Source of the DNA: Bacteroidales bacterium
GTDB lineage: Bacteria > Bacteroidota > Bacteroidia > Bacteroidales > PXBB01
Direction of reading: 5' to 3'
DNA: 64,000 nucleotides
NCBI GenBank assembly: GCA_028698995.1
Contig: JAQVVM010000017.1
Span: forward strand, 1,588-65,587
Shown: positions 8,898 to 17,374 of the stretch, piece after piece
Layout of the letters: every line of letters starts with the position of its first letter
How positions within the stretch are numbered: the stretch's first letter is position 1
The notes under the pieces: model-generated
What the model was told of the DNA's origin: nothing
What the model saw: the letters and a program-made list of their open reading frames with translations, nothing else
Databases searched by the model: none
Translations under genes and position numbers: made by a program

Positions 8898-10364
8898 ATG
8901 CATATATTTTTTAGCTTTCTAAGATTTTTTTTCGAGAACCTCCTTTTTATTTATGGGGTATCTATAATGTTATCATATATTGTGCTTGCTTTTCTATCTG
9001 CAAGTGCATTAATAAGGTATAAAAAAAGAAACAGCTTCGTTGACTATAGTGCCCTACTCAAATCTCCAATTTGCCCTTCAATTTCCATTCTTGCTCCGGC
9101 ATATAATGAAAGTAAGACTATTATAGAAAATGTGCATTCTCTATTATCTCTGAATTACACTGCTTTTGAAGTTGTTTTGGTTAATGATGGAAGTACAGAT
9201 GACTCATTGCAGAAAATTATTAATGAATTTGAGCTTGAAAAGGTAAATTTTCTTGTTGATGAAAAAATCCCTACTCAACCTATAAAAGCTATTTACAAAT
9301 CACGCCGAGATGTTTTTTCAAAACTCATAGTTGTTGACAAAGAAAACGGAGGTAAATCAGACGCTTTAAATGCAGCAATCAATATTTCAAATAAAGATTA
9401 TTTTATAACTATTGACGTTGACTGTGTGATGGAACAGGATGCTTTAGTTAAAATGGCCAAACCCTTTATAGAACAAACTAAAAAACGTGTTATTGCTTCA
9501 GGGGGAGTTATCAGAGTTGCGAATTCATGCACTGTGAAAAATGGGAACCTTGTGGAAGTAAATGTACCCAAAAAATTATTACCCAAATTTCAAGTTCTTG
9601 AATACTTCAGGGCTTTTGTTTTGGGGCGTATGGCATGGAGTCGGCTTAATGGTCTTTTGCTCATATCCGGTGCCTTCGGTATGTTTGATAAGGAGATTGT
9701 AATTAAGGCAGGAGGTTATAGTACCAGAACCGTTGGAGAGGATATGGAGTTAGTAGTAAGAATGAGAAGGTATATGCACGAAAATAATATGGGTAAATAT
9801 ATTGTAGCTTTTATCCCTGACCCTCTTTGCTGGACAGAAGTTCCTGAAACACAGAAGGTTCTGGGACGCCAAAGAAATAGATGGACAAGGGGTACTATAG
9901 AAGTTCTTTTCCTTCATAAAAAGCTATTTCTTAATCCTTCCTATGGAAGATTAGGAGTCATTAGTTATCTTTTCTGGTTTCTTTTTGAATGGATGGCTCC
10001 ATTTGTTGAATTTTTCGGAATTATGTATTTTATTTTACTCATTTTAGTTGGGAAAGTTAACTTTCTCTTTTTTCTCCTCATGTTAGGTCTTATCTATACA
10101 TTTGCTATTTCCTTTTCCCTATGCGCCATTTTCTTTGAAGAAATTTATTTTCATCAGTATAAGAAAAAGGGAGATGCCTTTAAACTTGTATTTGCAGCCC
10201 TATTAGAACCATTTTTACACCATCCTGTACTTGTTTTTTATGCCCTTAAAGGTAACTATGACTTCTTTATTTTGAAAAGACATGGGTGGGGTGATATGAA
10301 AAGGGTAGGGTTTACTATTGCAGAGAAACGGAAAAAGAGGGATTCAGATGAAGATATTATTTAA
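8898..10364 (+). CDS. Membrane-embedded processive family-2 glycosyltransferase (PgaC/IcaA/NodC-like polysaccharide synthase)
   Basis: GT2 motifs appear in order: VLVNDGSTDDS, GGKSDALNAAIN, IDVDC (9411-9425), GAFGMFDKE, GEDMELVVRM, QRNRWTRG (9870-9893, the QxxRW motif). One to two TM helices precede the catalytic domain and three to four follow it. Confidence 0.85.
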   Translation: MHIFFSFLRFFFENLLFIYGVSIMLSYIVLAFLSASALIRYKKRNSFVDYSALLKSPICPSISILAPAYNESKTIIENVHSLLSLNYTAFEVVLVNDGSTDDSLQKIINEFELEKVNFLVDEKIPTQPIKAIYKSRRDVFSKLIVVDKENGGKSDALNAAINISNKDYFITIDVDCVMEQDALVKMAKPFIEQTKKRVIASGGVIRVANSCTVKNGNLVEVNVPKKLLPKFQVLEYFRAFVLGRMAWSRLNGLLLISGAFGMFDKEIVIKAGGYSTRTVGEDMELVVRMRRYMHENNMGKYIVAFIPDPLCWTEVPETQKVLGRQRNRWTRGTIEVLFLHKKLFLNPSYGRLGVISYLFWFLFEWMAPFVEFFGIMYFILLILVGKVNFLFFLLMLGLIYTFAISFSLCAIFFEEIYFHQYKKKGDAFKLVFAALLEPFLHHPVLVFYALKGNYDFFILKRHGWGDMKRVGFTIAEKRKKRDSDEDII

Positions 10365-10369
10365 TAATC

Positions 10370-11110
10370 ATGCTATTCCTTTCTAAAAGAAAACTTTCTC
10401 TTTGCTTTTTTTATTTTTTTGTTTCTTTTGCATACTCTCAAACTCCACAGTATATTTATTTTTCCGGCTTTAAATGGTTTTTAAAAGAGAACTCAACAGA
10501 ACAAATTGGACCCGGCCCAAATTTTTTTTCTGCTGCACCCGTGAATTTAAGTGTTGATCCCGAAGGACACTTAAACATGAGTTTAACAAAAAATAAAGAT
10601 AAGAAATGGTATTGCGCAGAATTGGTAACTGATTCAACTTTTGGTTATGGAACTTATATTTTTGAACTTGGGAATGTACCTTCCATTTTTAATAAAAACA
10701 TTGTGTTAGGTCTTTTTGTTTATGATTTCTACAAAACTCCTGCTCATAATGAAATTGATATTGAGTTTTCGAAGTGGGGTAGGAGGCAGAAAAATAATGT
10801 TCAGTTTGTGTTACATCAGGATACTAATTATTTTGATTCATTTCGATTTCATCAGAAAAATTTAAGAAATTCTACCCATACATTTTCTTGGTATCCTGAT
10901 AGTATTGTGTATAGAAGTTACATGTCAAGTATCTCTAATAATATAAGTGCTGAACCCTATATGGAATATGTTCTGAAAAATACAAATATTCCTGAGCCAT
11001 CAAACGAAAAAGTGCGTATTAACCTTTGGTTATACAAAGGCAGGAAACCTTTTAGAAAAAAACACACTGTGGTGATAAAAAGTTTCAAATTTATACCAAT
11101 GAGCTTATAA
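10370..11110 (+). CDS. Secreted GH16-like (concanavalin-fold) glycoside hydrolase/transglycosylase
   Basis: The protein has a signal peptide. GYGTYIFEL and LGLFVYD strands are followed by HNEIDIEFSKWG (E-I-D-I-E at 10751-10765), which matches the GH16 catalytic E-x-D-x-x-E pattern. The 246-aa size is typical of single-domain GH16 enzymes. Confidence 0.7.
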   Translation: MLFLSKRKLSLCFFYFFVSFAYSQTPQYIYFSGFKWFLKENSTEQIGPGPNFFSAAPVNLSVDPEGHLNMSLTKNKDKKWYCAELVTDSTFGYGTYIFELGNVPSIFNKNIVLGLFVYDFYKTPAHNEIDIEFSKWGRRQKNNVQFVLHQDTNYFDSFRFHQKNLRNSTHTFSWYPDSIVYRSYMSSISNNISAEPYMEYVLKNTNIPEPSNEKVRINLWLYKGRKPFRKKHTVVIKSFKFIPMSL

Positions 11111-11120
11111 GAAACTAAGA

Positions 11121-11711
11121 TTATTTGCTTTCTTTCAAAACCATATCTATGGTGATAGCACTTGAAAGAATAGCAATTTTATTTTCTTTATTTGAATAAT
11201 GGGGGTCTATACTAACATTATATTTATCAGCAGTTGTAAAAATCTCTTTCATGGCACCGGCCCATTTTTTTGTTATAACTCCAATCTGTGTGCCAGATGT
11301 GTCTTTAATAACAAAGTTCCATGCCTTCCAATCACCTGTAATTTCTGAAATCAGAACATCAGAATTGTTGAAAATTTTAAAGGTGGGTTTGAAAAATTTA
11401 AACTTTTGTTGTACTGTGCCTATTGTGTGACCTTCTGCATCCTGAATTTTTATTTTAGACATAAAAAATGTCCAGCCTCTTGAAATAGAAGCTTGTAATA
11501 CTTCATCAGAATCCTTTATTTCTAATAAGAAGGGAAGCATGGCTTTGTTAAGCAATAGGCGAAGAAGCTTTTGACCGGCTGTCAGTCTTTGTCTTATTGA
11601 ACCAATATTACGTGCATTTTCATCATAAATTTGATAACAATTTTCAAATTTAAACAGATTGACTTTTTCGTCAATAAAATAACTGTTTGTGTCAAAAAAA
11701 TTAGAACTCAT
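11121..11711 (-). CDS. Phospholipid scramblase-related / LURP-one-like (tubby-fold) protein
   Basis: 196 aa. The C-terminal block ITKKWAGAMKEIFTTADKYNVSI...AITIDMVLKE matches the conserved tail I recall for bacterial scramblase-related proteins. There is no signal peptide. Confidence 0.55.
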   Translation of the reverse strand: MSSNFFDTNSYFIDEKVNLFKFENCYQIYDENARNIGSIRQRLTAGQKLLRLLLNKAMLPFLLEIKDSDEVLQASISRGWTFFMSKIKIQDAEGHTIGTVQQKFKFFKPTFKIFNNSDVLISEITGDWKAWNFVIKDTSGTQIGVITKKWAGAMKEIFTTADKYNVSIDPHYSNKENKIAILSSAITIDMVLKESK

Positions 11712-11846
11712 GTTTATATATTTAATTATTAATTGGTCAAAAATAATCTAATAAATTGAATTGAAAAAATATTTATTATTTATAAGATTGAGTTTGACAA
11801 AATATAAAATAAAAATATCTTTAAGTCTGAAAATGTTATTAAGAAT

Positions 11847-14270
11847 TTAGAAAGAGTCATTTTTCTTAACAAATTTTCTAGTTAAAGTACCATTTTTTGT
11901 TTCAATTTGAATGGTATATATCCCACTTTCAAGAAAAGATACATCAATATAGTTTTGAACATTGCTTGAACTATGTACCAAACGTCCTACAATATCAAAT
12001 ATCTTTATGTTATCGGAATGAGATACACCATAAAAATTAAGATAATCAGTGACCGGATTTGGGAAAATATTTATGCTTTCAGAGTCATATTCAGCGATGT
12101 TTACTGTATTTGGGAGTTGTTTAATGTTAACATAAAAGAGCAAACCCGGGATTGATGTTGAAGAAATACTTAAAGTTCCCATTCGAACAATTGAAGACGG
12201 ATTTGCTGAAGCTGTAAGAGTTATAGTACCATTATTAGTACCTGTAGGTGTATTGACTGTGAGCCAGCTTGTATTACTGCTCACCTGCCATGATGTATTT
12301 GAACTGATATGAAGTAAAGCAATACTATTTTGTAGAGCACCAATCCATAAAGGATTTTCATCTGGATGCACATAATAAAGAGGCAGGTTATCATCCATCC
12401 AGTCAAGTCTTTCTGTAATCCAGTCCTTTAACCAGATTATTTCACTCTCAAAAGTATTTCCAATAAAATAGTTTGGCCAAGTGTAAGTCCCTAAAATAGG
12501 CCACTTTTTAAAATGTCTGACTTGGGCTTCATTTAGAACCAATACCTGCTCATCAACATAATTCAGTACTGAATCTGTATGTAAAAATGTTTGACGTATT
12601 TCCACCCATCGAGATTTTAACTCATTAAGAAAGTAGGGGTCAGACCAGAATTTTATCCACCATTTGGGGATACCACCGCCCTGTTCTTTATAAATGTATC
12701 TCCAGTTGTCAGTTCTCCATCCCTGGGCGTAGTCTGCATTTCCAAAGCCGAGGTTGAAATCCCATATCGGGCCGAAGTGTATGGTTGAGTCTTTATCATC
12801 CCTGTCTTTATAAAAAAAAGTGCTTAAAGAAAATGCGTCAATATTGTTTGTTACCTCAGTACAAATAACATAATCTACCAAAGAAGGCATATCAACCCAG
12901 TTTCGGTAACCCAGTATCGGGTCTTTATAATAGGAACTGTTAATAATATCCTCAAAATCAGTTATTTTGTTTTGGATATACTCAAACTGGGTTTGATGAA
13001 GTTCATCTTTTTTAGGATAATGGATAACAAATTCAATATTTCTGTAAGGAGAAACCCAATATTCTTCATCATCATCAATTCTATCTACTTTAAGGATGTA
13101 ACCTCCGGTTAACTGAACACCACTGGTATCAGATGCTTTTAATTTTGAAATGTCAACCCTTGAAGGACTGCGCTTTATCTTCTCCATCAGAACATATATG
13201 CCGTTATATTGATTATTGATAAACAATTCACAGAAACGTGTACCGGTAGTCCAATGTCCCATCTTGTTGCCTATGTCGTAAATGATATTATTTCGCAGCA
13301 TGGTTTTATCGGAATAAGGTCCGTAAAGGATCCAGTCTGAATCAGCAGGAAAACCAAGAATGGAAGCATCTATGTCGAGTGAATCATCATCCCATAGTTC
13401 AAACCCATATGATTTTTGAGGAAAATAATAGGCAGATGATGATCCTCGAATTTTAATGCCAATTTTTCCTGAGTAGTTATTAAATGGATCTGACAGGTAA
13501 TTACGATTACCGGTTCCATTATCAATAATCCCAATTTCGGCAAGAATTCTTTCCTCATCGGTTATTTCTGTACCATTGGTATTAATAAAAATTAAAGGTA
13601 AATTTGATGATACAAATGGTGTGTCAACCCAAAACCAAGAAGGAACAGGGTTATAAAAGCTGCCTGCAACATTTAATCCAACTGAAAAGAAAGGGATTAA
13701 TGACATATCAGAGGAACTGCTGCTGTAATTATTAAGTTGAATGGCAAGTACATTAGAACCGTTTTTCAAATTCCCTGAAAGTTGATTAGCTGATATCATA
13801 TACATTTCAGGTAAGCCCCCTTGGTAAATCTCTGCTTCATGATCGGGTTGGGCATAATCATCATGTGCTACAAATGAGCCGGGTGCTCCCATATTGTCTG
13901 AGCGTACTATTTCTGTACCATTAAGAAAGGCAATAAAACCATCATCATAGTCAATATGTAATACTGCTGATAAAATTGCAGAAGCATCTACTACTGAAAA
14001 ATGAGCCCTTATGTATATAGATGGGGTATAGACGGGAATATTTGTGGTGTCATCTCCATCACCGTAGCCAAATCCGCTTTTGCCTGTTAACCATGATGCA
14101 TCCGTGAAAGCTGTATCCATCCAGTTTAATGGAGGTTGATTTGTTCCTAGAAAATATTTCCAGTTTTGATTGTAATCAATTATTGTTTCCCAGTGATTGA
14201 TCTGGGCAGATGATGAATAGTTAAAAATCAATCCTAAGATAACTAAAAATAAGATTTGGTATTTTTTCAT
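11847..14270 (-). CDS. Secreted CotH-family (atypical kinase fold) protein with T9SS type-A C-terminal sorting domain
   Basis: The protein has a signal peptide. CotH-like blocks are present: PQKSYGFELWDDD, MLRNNIIYDIGNKMG, FCELFINNQYNGIYVLMEKIKR, FGPIWDFNLGFGNADY. The C-terminus (INIFPNPVTDYLNF...IKIFDIVGRLV...GIYTIQIETKNGTLTRKFVKK) is a typical Por secretion tail. Confidence 0.8.
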   Translation of the reverse strand: MKKYQILFLVILGLIFNYSSSAQINHWETIIDYNQNWKYFLGTNQPPLNWMDTAFTDASWLTGKSGFGYGDGDDTTNIPVYTPSIYIRAHFSVVDASAILSAVLHIDYDDGFIAFLNGTEIVRSDNMGAPGSFVAHDDYAQPDHEAEIYQGGLPEMYMISANQLSGNLKNGSNVLAIQLNNYSSSSSDMSLIPFFSVGLNVAGSFYNPVPSWFWVDTPFVSSNLPLIFINTNGTEITDEERILAEIGIIDNGTGNRNYLSDPFNNYSGKIGIKIRGSSSAYYFPQKSYGFELWDDDSLDIDASILGFPADSDWILYGPYSDKTMLRNNIIYDIGNKMGHWTTGTRFCELFINNQYNGIYVLMEKIKRSPSRVDISKLKASDTSGVQLTGGYILKVDRIDDDEEYWVSPYRNIEFVIHYPKKDELHQTQFEYIQNKITDFEDIINSSYYKDPILGYRNWVDMPSLVDYVICTEVTNNIDAFSLSTFFYKDRDDKDSTIHFGPIWDFNLGFGNADYAQGWRTDNWRYIYKEQGGGIPKWWIKFWSDPYFLNELKSRWVEIRQTFLHTDSVLNYVDEQVLVLNEAQVRHFKKWPILGTYTWPNYFIGNTFESEIIWLKDWITERLDWMDDNLPLYYVHPDENPLWIGALQNSIALLHISSNTSWQVSSNTSWLTVNTPTGTNNGTITLTASANPSSIVRMGTLSISSTSIPGLLFYVNIKQLPNTVNIAEYDSESINIFPNPVTDYLNFYGVSHSDNIKIFDIVGRLVHSSSNVQNYIDVSFLESGIYTIQIETKNGTLTRKFVKKNDSF

Positions 14271-14306
14271 GTTTTTACCATTAAAAATAAATGCTTTTAA
14301 TTGTGC

Positions 14307-16949
14307 TTAATTAGGCGCAAAATCAAGGATTTGAATAGCTTGTTTTATAATATTAAGGGATGCCTTTTCTCTTTCTGTGGTTATGGGAGCTTCGTTCCAT
14401 GTTGGCCATGCATGTCTTTGTGTTTCAATAAGACAATTATTAATGCTTACAGTAAGTGCAATGCCATCAGATGTATAGGTTTCACGAACAGAAGTATTTC
14501 TGTTGTCATGAAGTACTTCTCTTAAGCTGGGGTCAGTAAAATGGATTAGCGACCAAGGAATTTTTATATCAATACTTAACCCGTTAAAAATAACTGCATC
14601 TTTGCTGGAAAATGTTTGCCCCGGATGTTTTACAATTAATTTCCCAATATCGTCAATAGCATCGGGCCAGTGGTTGTTTTTCCAAACTACAGGCTTCCAT
14701 GGTGCACCATCAGTAGGAATTGAATGGTATAATTGTTCACTTCCTGACTCTTCATGATAAATACCAAAAGTGTTATATGCTTCTGTTACAAACAATCTTG
14801 CACTGTCGTATGTTATTCTCAAAACAAACTCAGCCCTGTTATTAATACTTACACCATTTGGCAAGATAGATTCTCCCCAATCACTTCTATAGGTATCATA
14901 AGCAATCCATAATGTATCGTCTGCAGCAAAAGGTGATAAAGTTTGTAACCTTAAGTAAAAAAAATCGTTGGCAAAATCAGCTTTAACAGAAGATAAAAAG
15001 CAATTAGCTTGTGTTGCTGCCCATTCAGAAAAAGTTGGTGCCGGTTCATCAAAACTAATTAGACCGAAATTTTCTTCTGCACTTACTACATTGTGCCAGA
15101 GTGGTCTTCTGTCTAGATAACTGCCTATGGGATTAGTGTACCAGCATTGTTTAAACCATTCATCTATCCATGCAAATAGAAATCCTCCCCCACAGTTTGT
15201 ATTGTGGATATTTTTCATAAGTCTTACGTTATCTAGGCCTTGCTGAATTTCATCTTGTCCGCCATGATTCATTCCACTATGTGCAAAATGAGCATTTCCC
15301 CAACTGTTAGGAATTCCAAATTCTGCTATAACTAGAGGAAAGTCAGAATAATGATTTTTTAAATCTGTCAAATAACCCAGATAACTGTTTGGTCCAACAT
15401 CATCACTGTATGTCTTATAGTTTGGTTGTTCACTAATAAAATCAGGAAAATAAGGATATGCATGATAGCTGGCAAAATATCCGGCAGGAGCATTAATTAG
15501 CTCAATACCAGTCATGTCTATTTCTGCAACATCTTCAGTGCTTGATGGTTGCTCTGTAGGGTGCGTCAGTGGGTCGAGTGTTGGCCAGCTTGATTGACTT
15601 ACCGGACGCTCAGAACCATAAGTAGCCCTTTCATAAGAAATAAGATGGTCTATACTTTTTGTGAACCATATTGCAGAAGGAGAACCTTGTTGCATGCTGA
15701 CAGCTGTTCCTGAATATGATGTTTGAGATGGATTTTGGCTGTCAGTAAGTTGTACTTCGTCAGGGTGTACTTCGCGGCCAATAATATATCCCATTACCCA
15801 GGGTGAAACATCAGTTTCATAAGTGCCAAATGCTCTACCCTGTCGTTCAGGTATAACCCTATTACCATAAATACAATCAGTAACTTCTTCAATGTCATTG
15901 AAAAATTCTTGTGTAAAAGAATACAGATTTCCTGCAGGCTGATCTTCGTCAAGCCATATACCCTGAAAAAGATATATGGGATTGTCGGCGTGCTCGTGAT
16001 TGTATAAAGCAAGTTCTTCGTAAAACCGAGGGTAATGAAGCGTATAAACACGTATCGAATTAAACCCTATCTCTCCTATGCGGTTTAACCAGTCTCTGTA
16101 TTGCTGTCTTGTGGCGGCCATCTGCCCAGGATTTGTTCCGGGGATTGAAATTCCAAGATTAATACCCATAATGTAAAATGGTTCATATACGCCATCACTT
16201 ATTTCTTTTCCTAAGTAGTTACCAACACAAGCATAAGGAACAGGAGAATATTTGGTGAGAGTAAAATCTTTTTCATTTATTCCTGCAAAAGAAAAATGGC
16301 TCAGATTTAAAACACTGTGACCTGTTGCCTTCACATTGATGTTATACAAAATTGGATCAAAATCCTCTATTAGGTTGTTTAGAGGTACAGATACAGGCTC
16401 AATACCGGTTGGAGTATTTCCCATCATCAGCATTTTTCCTGCAACCATATAGTTGTTGAAAACGAATGTGTAAAAATAAAACCCTTGTTTAAGTATCAAT
16501 CCATCATTTGAAAGACCATTCCAAGTAAGCTGATGAAATCCGGCCGGCATATAACCATCGTGGAGTATGACCACAAGTTGTCCAATATAATTTGAAACAA
16601 AAACCTTCAAGTCACCATCTTCGTTTAAATTAAATGGAATTACAGTGCCATTTGTGAAAGGATTTGGATAGTTGTTAAATACCTGAATAGAATTAGAATT
16701 ATTGCCTTTAAATATGGGCAAGGATACATTATAGTAGCCCTGATTATCTGAAGTTGTTGTAATAACGCTTTCAGGATCTTCTGAATTGGTAAACTTTATT
16801 TCTGCATTGGGAACGAATTCTCCTTTATTGTTTACTATGCGCCCCTTTATGGCTAGGAGATGACAAGTAAAAAATAGAAAAAAGGAACTTAAAAGAAATA
16901 GCCTTATTAAATAAAAATATAAGCCTGAATATCTTTTTTCGGTTTTCAC
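14307..16949 (-). CDS. Secreted multidomain protein: CarboxypepD_reg-like domain, internal FlgD-Ig/T9SS-tail-like domain, putative clan GH-A TIM-barrel glycoside hydrolase
   Basis: N-terminal hydrophobic anchor. GRIVNNKGEFVPNAEIKF...DNQGYYNV is carboxypeptidase-regulatory-like. YPNPFTNGTVIPFNL...KVFVSNYIGQLVVIL...GFHQLTWNG...GFYFYTF (aa 88-176) is FlgD-Ig-like. TIM-barrel-like blocks follow: GFNSIRVYTLHYP, IYLFQGIWLDE, LVIAEFGIPNSWG, GGGFLFAWIDEWFK. The stop lies 36 nt upstream of the CotH start on the same strand. Confidence 0.6.
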   Translation of the reverse strand: MKTEKRYSGLYFYLIRLFLLSSFFLFFTCHLLAIKGRIVNNKGEFVPNAEIKFTNSEDPESVITTTSDNQGYYNVSLPIFKGNNSNSIQVFNNYPNPFTNGTVIPFNLNEDGDLKVFVSNYIGQLVVILHDGYMPAGFHQLTWNGLSNDGLILKQGFYFYTFVFNNYMVAGKMLMMGNTPTGIEPVSVPLNNLIEDFDPILYNINVKATGHSVLNLSHFSFAGINEKDFTLTKYSPVPYACVGNYLGKEISDGVYEPFYIMGINLGISIPGTNPGQMAATRQQYRDWLNRIGEIGFNSIRVYTLHYPRFYEELALYNHEHADNPIYLFQGIWLDEDQPAGNLYSFTQEFFNDIEEVTDCIYGNRVIPERQGRAFGTYETDVSPWVMGYIIGREVHPDEVQLTDSQNPSQTSYSGTAVSMQQGSPSAIWFTKSIDHLISYERATYGSERPVSQSSWPTLDPLTHPTEQPSSTEDVAEIDMTGIELINAPAGYFASYHAYPYFPDFISEQPNYKTYSDDVGPNSYLGYLTDLKNHYSDFPLVIAEFGIPNSWGNAHFAHSGMNHGGQDEIQQGLDNVRLMKNIHNTNCGGGFLFAWIDEWFKQCWYTNPIGSYLDRRPLWHNVVSAEENFGLISFDEPAPTFSEWAATQANCFLSSVKADFANDFFYLRLQTLSPFAADDTLWIAYDTYRSDWGESILPNGVSINNRAEFVLRITYDSARLFVTEAYNTFGIYHEESGSEQLYHSIPTDGAPWKPVVWKNNHWPDAIDDIGKLIVKHPGQTFSSKDAVIFNGLSIDIKIPWSLIHFTDPSLREVLHDNRNTSVRETYTSDGIALTVSINNCLIETQRHAWPTWNEAPITTEREKASLNIIKQAIQILDFAPN

Positions 16950-17023
16950 ATGATGTAAATTTGATTATAAAATTAGTAAAAAAATAGTTAACCAAAAAGA
17001 AATTGCTAAAATAATGATATTAT

Positions 17024-17371
17024 TTAAAGAATTGTTTTTCTTTGGTGTGCAGCTAATCCTCTAACAACTAAATCATATGAATGGTCGATAAGTTGAAAAA
17101 CTGACTTTTTCTCGATATTACCTGATAAAATAATGGTATTCCAATGTTTTTTATTCATGTGAAAACCGGGAATGATACAGGAATAATGCTCTCTGAGTTC
17201 TATGGCTTTCTCAGGTTCACATTTTAAGTTCAGATGCATATTTCCGTCAAGGCTTAGTAAAGCAAAAATTTTATTATAAACTCTAAAAACTAATGTTGAG
17301 TCATCAAAAGGCATGTCTTCTGTTGTGAATTGCTTGCTTAGGCAATAAACTCTGATGTCTTCAATAATCAT
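17024..17371 (-). CDS. MmcQ/YjbR family protein
   Basis: 115 aa with PFDDSTLVFRVYNKIFALL...LNLKCEPEKAIELRE...PGFHMNKKHWNTI, the characteristic YjbR pattern. Confidence 0.8.
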   Translation of the reverse strand: MIIEDIRVYCLSKQFTTEDMPFDDSTLVFRVYNKIFALLSLDGNMHLNLKCEPEKAIELREHYSCIIPGFHMNKKHWNTIILSGNIEKKSVFQLIDHSYDLVVRGLAAHQRKTIL

Positions 17372-17374
17372 TAG

